In this document: positions 39,022 to 48,592 of the stretch, one piece after another
How the letters are laid out: every line of letters begins with the position of its first letter
Numbering within the stretch: the stretch's first letter is position 1
Source: an uncultured Verrucomicrobiae bacterium
Lineage (GTDB): Bacteria > Verrucomicrobiota > Verrucomicrobiia > Verrucomicrobiales > Akkermansiaceae
Reading direction: 5' to 3'
DNA length: 64,000 nt
Assembly (NCBI GenBank): GCA_963793435.1
Contig: CAWCAA010000002.1
Coordinates: 151,813-215,812, forward strand
The notes under the pieces: generated by a model
Databases searched by the model: none
Told to the model about the DNA's origin: nothing
What the model saw: the letters and a program-made list of their open reading frames with translations, nothing else
Program-made: the position numbers and the translations under genes

Positions 39022-39055
39022 AAGTCGAAGACCGGTGACTGTCGGCAGCTTGTGC
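39022..39055. repeat. Terminal fragment of the REP-like element
   Basis: aagtcgaagaccggtgactgtcggcagc matches the outer end of the copies at 62231 and 63184. The fragment lies inside a 15-bp inverted repeat (38973-38987 and 39113-39127). Confidence 0.5.
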
Positions 39056-39123
39056 CACTACCTTCCTGAGATTTGAAACTCGAAACCTGTCCGAACTGTC
39101 TCCCCTGATTGTTGCGCCGTTCC

Positions 39124-40394
39124 TTAGCTCCCTGCCAGCTTCGCCTTGAGCCTCTCCACAATCTTCGGGTTTTCCTTTGCTAGGTCGTTTTTCTCAAGAG
39201 GGTCGTTTTTCAGATCGTAAAGCACGGTTCGGGGAGGGACTCCGGCGAAGGGGCGGTCGGGTTTGACCGGGCCGGGGACGATGAGTTTCCACCAGCCCTC
39301 GACGACTACGTCGGCAATCATGCTCTTCTTCGGATCGGCAAGATCGGCGATGTCGTGGGTGTATGCCTCCACGAAAACGGTGTCACGGGCTTTCATCGTA
39401 TCGCGATCCATCAGGTTCAGGCCGGGGAGGTCGCCGGGATTTTTTGCGCCGGTGATGTCGAGGATGGTTGGGGCGAAGTCGATGATGTGGGCGAGGGTTT
39501 CGCCATCGCGCTGCGGCTGCACTTTTCCAGGCCAGCGGACGAACATGGGGGTGCGGATTCCCGCCTCGTAGGGGGAGAGTTTCGCGCGGTCTCCGTCGTG
39601 GGCGTATTCCCCGTCCCAGCCGTTGTCGGCGAGATAGAGCATGACGGTGTTTTCCTTGAGGCCGTTTTTCTCAAGATAGTCGTCGAGTTCGGCGCAGGTG
39701 TTGTCGAACCATTCGACCATGGCGTAGTATTTCTCGGCGGCTTCGGTCGGTCCCTTGCCTTTGTATTTTTCGAAAATTTCCGCTGGAGGATTGTGCGGGG
39801 TGTGCGGGAGGAAAGGGGCGTGCCAGATGAAGAAGGGCTTCTCTTCGGCTTGGGCGGTTTCGATGAAAGCATAGATCGGCTTCATGCCTTTCCGGCCGAT
39901 CTCGAGACCCGCATCCCCGTGGCGGCCTGCGGTGCCCGTCATGCCATGGGTGAAGCCGACGTCCTTGTAGGTGACGTTCCAGATTTTCCCTGTTTGGAAA
40001 GTCAGGTAGCCGGCCTCGGTGACGGCCTTGGGGAGGGTGAGGGAGTTGCCGAGGAGCTGGTTCTTCAATGCTTCGCGCTGGCCAGGCTTCGAGCGGTTGC
40101 CGGAAAGGTCGTTTCCGGTGATCCCGTTCGCACTCGGCATTTTTCCTGTGAGGAGGCAAGCGAGGGAAGGAGAGCAGACAGGCATCACGTAGCCCTGGTA
40201 TAGAGCAGACTCTCCGCCGCCATCTTGTCCAGGTGAGGGGTCTTGATCCGCCCGTGCCCCATGAAGCCGTAGTCGGTAAATCCCTGGTCGTCCGAAATGA
40301 TCAGAATGACGTTGGGTTTGGCCGGCTCCGCAGCGTTTGAGAACAGGGTGCAGAGGAGAAGGGGGATGAGTGGCAGGGTATTGAAAAGGCTCAT
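39124..40394 (-). CDS. Sulfatase-family protein (alkaline-phosphatase superfamily) with non-canonical CSPSL motif; 1-nt frameshift at ~40193
   Basis: Signal peptide MSLFNTLPLIPLLLCTLFSNA, then NVILIISDDQGFTDYGFMGH and PVCSPSLACLLTG. Two ORFs (40185-40487 and 39124-40188) join if CCC at 40193-40195 is read as CCCC, which matches the intact paralog sequence LLYTRGYVMPVC. Confidence 0.8.
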
Positions 40395-40588
40395 GGCAGG
40401 TATGATTACCTTACCGATATAACTGGGTAAATCTTTCTTTTTTATGGAAAATCTTCTGTTTGGGGAGGGCGTGCCCTTATGCGGCACCCCTTGAGCCGTC
40501 TGCCGGACGGAATTCGGGATGCACGAAATTTAGTTGTGTCTCGTGCGAAAGATTCGCTTTATGGTCGTGGTATCCAATCCGGAGTTTT

Positions 40589-42976
40589 ATGAGATTTTGC
40601 CTCGCACTTCTTATCCCTACTTCCCTCGCCGCCAGTCCGTTCCGCGAGGGTTTGGAAGATTTTGTTGAATTCCATTGCTACGACTGCCACGGGGACGGGG
40701 CAAACAAGGGCGGGTTCGATATCGAGAAGCTGAGTGCGGATCTGAATGACGAGGCGGCTTTTGCAAAGTGGGAGCGGGTTTATGACCGGGTGCTTGCCGG
40801 GGAGATGCCGCCGAAGAAGAAAGACTGGCCCGCTGCGGAGGAGTTGGCGGCATTTAAGGAAACGCTGGAACCTGTGCTGACGGAGATACATGCGGTGCAC
40901 AAAGGGACGGTGCTGCGGAGGCTGAACAGGATTGAATACCAAAACACTCTCAACGATATTTTTGGAACCGATCTACCGCTGGTGGAGCTCTTGCCGGATG
41001 ATGGGAGGTCGGGGGAATTCGATACGGTGGGGGAGGCGCTGGGGATTTCCATGGTGCAGATGGAGCGTTATCTTGAGGCCATGGGGACGGTGATTGATGC
41101 TGCGACGGCGAAAACCGCTTCCCGCCCGGAGCCGGTCGTGCTCAATCCGCGCTACGATACCCACCCGGAGGCGCAAAAAACCTTCATCGGCAAAGTCTGG
41201 GGCTACACCGAGGACAAGGCGGTCGTCTTCTTCAAACAGTCGGGCTATCCCAGCGGCCAGCTACGTGGGAGTGATGTCAACGAGACCGGGCGGTACCGGA
41301 TCAAGGTCACCGGCTACAACTACCAGAGCGAAAAGCCGGTGACGTTTTCGATTGGTGGAGGCTCATGGGAGAAAGGAACGGACAAGCCCCTTTATGCCTT
41401 CCGCACGTTTCCCATGGGCGGTCCCTCGACGGTGGAGATCGAGACAACGATCAAAAAGGGTTACATGGTTGTGATCGAGCCCTGGGGCATCAGCGACAAG
41501 GACGGCGAATTGCGCAAAGTGACCGCGAAGAACTACAAGGGGCCGGGGGTCGCCATCCTCGATGTGAAGGTGGAAGGCCCCCTGCTCGACGAGTGGCTCA
41601 GCTCCGGACACCAGCTTCTCTTCGAGGGATTGGGGCGCGAGGAGATCGAGCCGGGGAATCCGAGAGATAAGACGAAGCCTTGGTACAAGCCGAAGTTTGC
41701 CATCACGGATCCGTCCGCCGATGTGACGCCGGCGTTGAAAAGACTTGCTACCGCCGCGTTCCGCCGACCGGTGGGTGACTCCGAACTTACGCCGTATGTC
41801 GATCTTTTCAAAGCGGAGCTTGATGGCGGGGATACATACACGGAAGCCCTACGCACGGCAGCCATCGCCATCTTCACCTCGCCTGACTTCCTATTCCTCC
41901 GGGAGAGGCCGGGTAAGCTGGATGACTACGCTATCGCCAGCCGTCTCTCGTATTTCCTCACCCGCACCAGCCCGGATGGCGAGCTTTTGGCCCTCGCCGG
42001 AGCCGGAAAACTCGCTACGCAAACCCGCAGCCAGGCGGAGCGGCTGCTGGCGGATCCTCGCTTCGAGCGTTTCATCACGGATTTTACCGACTCGTGGCTG
42101 AACCTGCGCGATATCGATGCCACCGCTCCGGACGACAGGCTCTACTTCGAATACGACGCGTTTCTGCAGAAATCCATCGTTGATGAGACGCGCTCTTACT
42201 TCCGCCACCTGGTCACTGCGAACCTCCCCGTCCGCAATATCGTGAAATCCGATTTCGCCTTCCTGAACAGCCGCCTCGCCGAGCACTATGGGATCGAAGG
42301 GGTGGAGGGTCCGGAAATCCGCGAGATAAAGCTGGCGGAAAATTCTGTACGCGGGGGTTTCCTCAGCCAGGCCAGCGTTCTGAAAGTTTCCGCAAACGGC
42401 ACCAACACCTCGCCCGTGACACGCGGTGTCTGGGTGCTGGAGCACATCCTCGGCCAGCCTTCCCCTCCGCCGCCGGCAGGCACGCCGGGCATCGAGCCGG
42501 ACATCCGTGGCGCGACCACCCTCCGCGACCTGCTTGCGAAACACCGCGACTCCACCACCTGCAACTCCTGCCACAGCAAGATCGACCCGCCGGGATTCGC
42601 CCTGGAGAGCTTCGATCCCGTAGGAGCCTACCGGGAAAATTTCCGCGTCCGTGGCGGTGGGAAACAAGTCAAGGTGCAGCACATGGGACGCTGGTACAAC
42701 ACTTACACCGGCGCTCCTGTCGATGCCAGCGGCGAGATCGCGGACGGACGGAAGTTCGATGGCTTCCTCCAGTTCCGCGACCTGCTTGCCGAAGATGACG
42801 ACGCCCTCGCCCGCAGCCTTGTCGCCAAGCTCCTCACCTTCTCCACCGGCCGGGAAATGGGCTTTTCCGACAGGCCGGAGATCGAGCGCATCGTCGCTGC
42901 TTCCAAACCCGGCGGGCATCGCATTCGTGATCTCATCCTTCTCGTGGTAGAGTCCCCCGTTTTCCTGACAAAATGA
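40589..42976 (+). CDS. DUF1592-family protein with N-terminal CxxCH heme motif (planctomycete cytochrome-c-type multi-DUF protein)
   Basis: Start trimmed to MRFCLALLIPTSLAA. Contains FHCYDCHG. Its length and its pairing with a DUF1552 gene are typical of PVC genomes. Confidence 0.8.
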   Translation: MRFCLALLIPTSLAASPFREGLEDFVEFHCYDCHGDGANKGGFDIEKLSADLNDEAAFAKWERVYDRVLAGEMPPKKKDWPAAEELAAFKETLEPVLTEIHAVHKGTVLRRLNRIEYQNTLNDIFGTDLPLVELLPDDGRSGEFDTVGEALGISMVQMERYLEAMGTVIDAATAKTASRPEPVVLNPRYDTHPEAQKTFIGKVWGYTEDKAVVFFKQSGYPSGQLRGSDVNETGRYRIKVTGYNYQSEKPVTFSIGGGSWEKGTDKPLYAFRTFPMGGPSTVEIETTIKKGYMVVIEPWGISDKDGELRKVTAKNYKGPGVAILDVKVEGPLLDEWLSSGHQLLFEGLGREEIEPGNPRDKTKPWYKPKFAITDPSADVTPALKRLATAAFRRPVGDSELTPYVDLFKAELDGGDTYTEALRTAAIAIFTSPDFLFLRERPGKLDDYAIASRLSYFLTRTSPDGELLALAGAGKLATQTRSQAERLLADPRFERFITDFTDSWLNLRDIDATAPDDRLYFEYDAFLQKSIVDETRSYFRHLVTANLPVRNIVKSDFAFLNSRLAEHYGIEGVEGPEIREIKLAENSVRGGFLSQASVLKVSANGTNTSPVTRGVWVLEHILGQPSPPPPAGTPGIEPDIRGATTLRDLLAKHRDSTTCNSCHSKIDPPGFALESFDPVGAYRENFRVRGGGKQVKVQHMGRWYNTYTGAPVDASGEIADGRKFDGFLQFRDLLAEDDDALARSLVAKLLTFSTGREMGFSDRPEIERIVAASKPGGHRIRDLILLVVESPVFLTK

Positions 42977-44268
42977 ACAACCCGCATTTCTCCCACCTCC
43001 CCGCCATGGACCGGCGCCGTTTCCTGAAGGGTCTTGGCACCGCAGTCTCGCTGCCTTTCATGGACGCGATGATCCCTGCGTTTGCCAGACAACCGGAAAA
43101 AACCCCACCGCAGCGCTTCGTCGCGATCTGCGCCTCCCTCGGATTCCACGGTCCCCACCTCTTCCCGGAGAAACCCGGGCGCGACTACGAGCTTACGCCC
43201 TACCTCTCCCTACTGAAAGAACATCGCAACGATTTCACAATTTTTTCCGGCCTCTCCCACCAGGAGCAGCAAGGTAGCGACGGCCATGCCTCGGAGATGA
43301 CCTGGCTCACCGGAGCCGTCCGCCCCGGCCTCGCCGGATTCCGGAACTCCATATCCCTGGACCAGCTCATCGCCAACAAAATCGGCCTCGAAACCCGCTA
43401 CCCTTACCTCGCCCTCAGTAGCGGTGGACACTCGATCTCCTGGCTCGCCAGCGGCGTGTCCATCCCCCCGCAGAACTCCCCGTCAAAGATCTTCAAAGCC
43501 CTCTTCATCGACGGTACCGCGAAGGAGATTGAGCACGAGATGAAAGAGATCAAGCGCGGGCGAAGCATCCTCGACACCGTCCTCGGCAAAGCGAAGCGGC
43601 TTGGCACCGATCTTGGCGAGCGCGACCGTGAAAAGCTGGACGAATACCTCACGTCCGTCCGCGAGTTGGAGACCCGCCTCCAGCAATCGGAAGGCTGGGT
43701 CAGGAAACCCAAGCCGAAGATCGACGCGAAAACGCCCACCGACATCGAGGACAGGAACGATACCATTGCCAGGCAAACGCTGATGTACGACATGATGGCG
43801 CTAGCCATCCAGTGCGATTCCACCCGTACGCTGACCTTCCAGCTATCCGCGCTGAGCTCCGTCCCATCAAACCTGCCCGGAGTGAATTCGGGCTGGCACG
43901 GACTTTCCCACCACGGAAAGGACGAAAATAAGATCAGTGAGCTTAAAATCGTGGAAGAAGCAGAGTTCATCGCATTCAACGGATTTCTAGCGAGGCTCAA
44001 ATCCGTCAAGGAAAGCGGGCGCAACCTTCTCGACAGCACCTCAATCATCTTCGGCTCGAACCTCGGCAACGCCTCCGCGCACGACTGGCGCAACCTGCCG
44101 GTCATCGTGGCCGGCGGTGGTTTCAAGCACGGTGCTTATGTGGCTCACGATTCGGAGGATAACACGCCGCTCTCCAACCTTTTCATCCCCATCGCCCAGC
44201 GCATGGGAGTGGAGATCGACAGTTTCGCAACCAGCACCAGGCCACACATCGACGGGCTGGAAGGCTGA
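42973..44268 (+). CDS. DUF1552-family protein with twin-arginine signal
   Basis: MDRRRFLKGLGTAVSLPF. ATGA overlap with the DUF1592 gene. 431 aa. Confidence 0.85.
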   Translation: MNNPHFSHLPAMDRRRFLKGLGTAVSLPFMDAMIPAFARQPEKTPPQRFVAICASLGFHGPHLFPEKPGRDYELTPYLSLLKEHRNDFTIFSGLSHQEQQGSDGHASEMTWLTGAVRPGLAGFRNSISLDQLIANKIGLETRYPYLALSSGGHSISWLASGVSIPPQNSPSKIFKALFIDGTAKEIEHEMKEIKRGRSILDTVLGKAKRLGTDLGERDREKLDEYLTSVRELETRLQQSEGWVRKPKPKIDAKTPTDIEDRNDTIARQTLMYDMMALAIQCDSTRTLTFQLSALSSVPSNLPGVNSGWHGLSHHGKDENKISELKIVEEAEFIAFNGFLARLKSVKESGRNLLDSTSIIFGSNLGNASAHDWRNLPVIVAGGGFKHGAYVAHDSEDNTPLSNLFIPIAQRMGVEIDSFATSTRPHIDGLEG

Positions 44269-44336
44269 GGAGGACTTCAAACCACGGGACGTACCGCCCC
44301 GTGCAATGGACGCTCGGCAGTGAATGGAAATTGCAG

Positions 44337-44365
44337 TTGACATTGGCACGGCCTGCGGTAATAAA
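44337..44365 (+). promoter_or_regulatory. Candidate sigma-70-type promoter for the PEP-CTERM gene
   Basis: TTGACA (44337-44342), a 16-17-nt spacer, then TAATAA/AATAAA (44359-44365), ~60 nt upstream of the ATG at 44423. Confidence 0.35.
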
Positions 44366-44422
44366 GCGCACCGCTGGAGCACGGCACCAGCTATCTGAAA
44401 TCCAACTCAGCTCAATATAAAG

Positions 44423-45127
44423 ATGAAAAAATACAGACTCTTCCTTTCAGCCACGCTCCTTGCGTCCGCAGCTCTCAGCCAATCCGCCGCCGCAGTTGTC
44501 CTTGCCGCCTACAATGCGGGGCCGCTCGGCACGGCCAACGCTGCCAGCTACCAAGCCTCGACCAAGGACGACAACGTGACAGCCTCCTCCATAGCTGCCA
44601 GCAGCTTAGGAAACTTTACCTTTACCTCGGTCGACTTGGCTGCCTTTTACCCCAGCACTGGAAATGTATTCCAAGCTGCCAATATCACCGAGACGGCAGC
44701 CCGTGCACCAGGGTCTGCTCCTGCAGACAACTCGTTTTTCTCCTTCACCGTTGACGCGAACGACACCTTCCAGATGTCGATCCAGAGCATCGACTTCCTT
44801 GCTGCCCGTGGCGGATCCAGCACTGACCGCGGCTATGACATCAGGAGTAGTTTGGACGGATACTTGAATACAATTTCCTCCGCTGACATCGGCCCGCAGC
44901 GGACATTCACCAATGGGGCTGTTTCGGTGCCACTCGGAGCCTCGTTCGCGAACCTTACGGATCCGGTGACATTCAGATTCTACGTATATGCTACCAGTGG
45001 CACGAGCAACATTGAATTCGACAACATCACCCTGAATGGAGCGATCGCACCTGTGCCGGAAGCATCTTCCGCCCTTCTTTGTATGGGAGGTCTTGGATTT
45101 CTCGCCCTCCGCCGCAGGCGCGCGTAG
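44423..45127 (+). CDS. PEP-CTERM sorting-domain protein
   Basis: Signal peptide, and a C-terminal VPEASSALLCMGGLGFLALRRRRA. Confidence 0.85.
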   Translation: MKKYRLFLSATLLASAALSQSAAAVVLAAYNAGPLGTANAASYQASTKDDNVTASSIAASSLGNFTFTSVDLAAFYPSTGNVFQAANITETAARAPGSAPADNSFFSFTVDANDTFQMSIQSIDFLAARGGSSTDRGYDIRSSLDGYLNTISSADIGPQRTFTNGAVSVPLGASFANLTDPVTFRFYVYATSGTSNIEFDNITLNGAIAPVPEASSALLCMGGLGFLALRRRRA

Positions 45128-45149
45128 TCGGAATTGATTTTCTCCGGAA

Positions 45150-45182
45150 GCCACCACCCATCAGCGGGTGGTGGTTTTTTTG
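45150..45182 (+). terminator. Rho-independent terminator
   Basis: ccaccaccc / gggtggtgg stem with a 6-nt loop, followed by T8. Confidence 0.65.
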
Positions 45183-45279
45183 TTGGGAAAGGTGTGGAAT
45201 TGCATCTTGGAAAGATCGATCCCAATGCCAAAGGTCGTTCCCTTCGGCTCCTGGCATTTGAATCCCAAGGAAGAACGCC

Positions 45280-46882
45280 TCAACGACCGAATTCATCGCG
45301 GCTCAGGACGCCGTCTCCGTTTTTGTCGAACCTGGGGAAGCGTGCTTTCGCTTCCGTCACATCATCCTGGTACATCAGGAACTCCTCAAACGTGAGTCTG
45401 CCGTCCTTGTCCGCGTCGCGCCGGTTGAAGAGTGCAGTGCGATCCGCTTTCGCTTTTTCAGGAGCTTCCTGCCCCTCAGGCCGCAACTGCGGTTTCGGCT
45501 CCGGATAGGATTTCAGAATTTCCAGGAGTTCGGAGACCGTCTCCGGGTTTGTGGCGGCGATGTTTTTGGTCTCGAGCGGATCTTTCTTGTAGTCGTAGAG
45601 TTCGAGTTCCGCGGTTTCCGAGGGGGCGCCCGGCACCTTCCACTCGACCAGCCGGTATCGTTCCGTGCGGATGGCACGGCCGAGCTTGTCGCGGCGGGGG
45701 TAAACATGGATGATGTGGTTTCTCACGGAGGCGGTGGGATCGGCGAGGGTTGCGCTGAGGCTTATGCCGTCGGAGCCACCTGGGGCTTGCAGACCCGCCA
45801 TTGCGCAGAGGGTGGGGAAGAGATCGACGGTTTCGACAAAGGAATCCGACTTCGCGCCGGAGCCGGGTTTCGCGCCCGGTTTGGAAATGAGGAGGGGGAT
45901 GCGGGCGGCTTGCTCGTAGTTCGTGTGCTTGCACCACATGCCGTGGTCGCCGAGGTGCCAGCCATGGTCGCCCCAGAGGACGACGATCGTGTTTTCCGCA
46001 AGGCTGCTTTCTTCCAACGCATCAAGCACCCGCCCTATCTGGGCATCGGCGTAGCTTGTGGCTGCGTAGTAGCCGTGGATGAGTTTGCACTGGAGATCCT
46101 GCGGAAGGACTTTATCGGGTGGGATGTCCGCGTATTGGTGCAGCTCTCCGCCGAACTGCGGGGCGTAGGAAGGGGCGTCCGTGGGCACTTTGGTGACCTC
46201 CGGCATGGGCAGCGTTTCCGCATCGTAGAGATTCCAGTATTTCTCCGGCGCGACGAAGGGCAAATGCGGCTTGATGAAACCGACCGCGAGGAAAAAAGGT
46301 TTCCCGTCGCTAGCTTTCAGGCGCCTGATGGCTTCGTCCGCGATTTTCCCGTCGGCATAGAAATCGTCGGGGACATCCGCTGACTCGGTCGAGGAGCCGA
46401 TCTTGCTACCTTTCTTTGGCATGTTTTCTTTCAGGGCGTAATGGGTCGCGCGCGGCCTCCAGGGCTTCTCCGACCATGAGGCGGCATCCTCGTGGTTGCC
46501 ACGGCCGGTGTGGAGGATTTTTTCCGAGGGCGACCGTGTGGTAGCCGTTGTTGCGGAAAGTCTGTGGGAGTGTGACCGCATCGGGAACGGCGAGCCGGAA
46601 GTTCGTGCCGAGATCATAGATGCCGATGGTGTCCGGCCGCAGTCCGGTCAGGAGCGAGTTGCGGGATGGTGCGCAGACGGCCTGGTTGCAGTAGGCGTTT
46701 TCAAACAACGTGCTTCGCTCCGCGAGGCGGTCGATGTTCGGTGTCTTCGCGGTCTTGTCCCCGTAGCAACCAAGCGTGGGCTTGAGATCGTCCACGCAGA
46801 TGAACAGGACGTTGGGCTTTTCCGGAGCGGCGTTTGTGAAGGAGAACGCGGCGAGGAAAAGGAGGGTGACTGAAATTTTCAT
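45280..46882 (-). CDS. Sulfatase (canonical CAPSR motif) with a C-terminal EF-hand pair; 1-nt frameshift in the T6/A6 run at 46518-46523
   Basis: Signal peptide [18 protein letters not shown], then [34 protein letters not shown] and [12 protein letters not shown]-terminal [13 protein letters not shown] and [13 protein letters not shown]. ORFs 46406-46882 and 45280-46617 join at [18 protein letters not shown]. Confidence 0.8.
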
Positions 46883-46986
46883 GCTTTGATAATATCTGGT
46901 AAGGTATGTGACCGAGCGACTTCGACAAGGGAAATATATGGTATCATTTTCCTGGTTTCAACAAAACCGCATCAAACGGAGCAGGC

Positions 46987-47262
46987 TTAGTCGAAAGGGC
47001 CGAATTCGGCGAAACTGAAGACGGAGAATCCGTTTTGTTTCGGGTCGGGGAAAAGCAGTAGGAAATCCCTGGAATCCGGGCTGTGCTGGATGTAGCGGTC
47101 ATAGCAGGCGACCGGTTCCCCGGAACTGCCGGTATAGCCGAGGAGCATGCGGAACATGCCGTTATTTTGTGGAGCGGCTTTCAGGGTCGTCCGCTTGCCG
47201 GAGCCGACGGAACGGACTTTTGCCCCTAGCTTCACGACCGCCTCAAGCGGGCTATAGTTCAC
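46987..47262 (-). CDS. Hypothetical small protein (possibly secreted, if an upstream frameshifted signal peptide at ~47313 belongs to it)
   Basis: 91-aa ORF. Upstream, in another frame, MMNRIALILFLC looks like a signal peptide. No known motif. Confidence 0.3.
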   Translation of the reverse strand: MNYSPLEAVVKLGAKVRSVGSGKRTTLKAAPQNNGMFRMLLGYTGSSGEPVACYDRYIQHSPDSRDFLLLFPDPKQNGFSVFSFAEFGPFD

Positions 47263-47354
47263 GACAAGGGTGGAACCATTGGACGCAGAGGAAAAGTATT
47301 AGAGCGATTCGGTTCATCATTGGTCGGTTTTTTTCAGATTTCATTCTGGTGGAG

Positions 47355-48592
47355 CTAGTGCTAGGCGCCTCTTAAAAAGATCGATGTTTTCACATTTTGG
47401 GCTGGACCTTTTTCGTGTATTTCTACAATGCGAGAGGTGCCTGCTAAAAAATACCGCATCAAGCTGGCTTCCGACGAGCGCTCCGCCTTGGAAGATATCC
47501 GTGACCGTGGCCTCCACAAGTCCGCCAAGTTCAAACGCGCCCTTGCCCTCCTTCTCTGTAACGAGGGGCCGGGCCGAACCGGCCATGACCGATGCCGGGA
47601 TCACCTCGGCCACCGGATCGGCCCCGCCACCCTCGCCCGCCTCCGCAAGCGTTGCTGCGAGGTCGGTCCCCTCGAAGCCCTCGAACGCATACCCCGCGAA
47701 ACCGGCCCCCGCCAGATCAAGGTAACCGGGGAGGTCGAGGCCCACATCACTTGTCTGGCTTGCAGCGATCCTCCCGAAGGACAGGCCCGCTGGACGCTCG
47801 GTCTCATCGCCGGAAAGCTCGTCGAGTTGGAAGTCATCGCGAGCATCTCGCGGACTTCGGTGCGACGGGTTTTAAAAAAAGCAAACTCAAGCCCTGGCGC
47901 AAGAAAGGCTGGTGCGTCCCGCCCAAGCAGGACGCGGCCTTCGTAGCCGCCATGGAGGATGTGCTGGAGGTTTACCAGCGCCAGCCCGACCCGGCCCGAC
48001 CGCTTGTCTGCCTCGACGAGTTCGCCAAGCAGCTCCTCTCCGAATGCCGGGTTCCGCTGCCTGCCAGGCCGGGCAGCGTTGCCAAATACGATTCGGAGTA
48101 CGTGAGGGAGGGCAGCGTGACGGGCTTCATGCTGGCCATGCCGCACCTCGGAAAAAGGGATGTCTTCATTTCCCAACCGGGGCGGAGGACGGCGGTGGAT
48201 TTCGCGCTCTGTCTGGAGCATCTGGCCGGGCTTTTCCCTGCGGCGGAGAAGATCGTGGTGGTCATGGACAATCTCAACACGCACGGGGCGGCGTCGCTCT
48301 ACAAGGCGTTCGCACCTGACAAGGCGAGGGGGCTTTGCGAGCGGTTCGAGTTCCACCACACGCCCGCCCACGGGAGCTGGCTGAACATGGCCGAGATCGA
48401 GATCGGACTGCTGACGAGGGCTTGCCTGGATCGCAGGATAGCGACTCCCGGGCGGATGGTAAGCGAGGTGATGGCGTATCTTGCCAGGACAAACGAGAAT
48501 CCGGTTCCGATCAAATGGCAGTTCAGGAACGAGGATGCGCGCATCAAGCTGCACTCGATCTATCCGTCAGTTTAAGAGGTTTGCAGCACTAG
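47355..48592 (+). mobile_element. IS630-family insertion sequence (~1.24 kb)
   Basis: Terminal inverted repeats ctagtgctaggcgcctcttaa (47355-47375) and ttaagaggtttgcagcactag (48572-48592). TA lies at both junctions. Encodes an HTH plus DDE transposase. Confidence 0.85.
47428..48575 (+). CDS. IS630-family transposase (two frames joined at the A7 run 47874-47880)
   Basis: OrfA HTH part (...SISRTSVRRVLKK) and the -1 frame (KLKPWRKKGWCVPP...VVMDNLNTHG...HHTPAHGSWLNMAEIE), with the DDE-type motifs characteristic of IS630/Tc1. Confidence 0.8.

Noticed and set aside
39355-40203. + strand ORFs opposite both sulfatase paralogs (39355-40203 and 48764-49750), and 47601-48554 opposite the IS630 transposase.
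   Set aside because: They are antisense shadows. They are conserved between the paralogs only because the sense strands are homologous.
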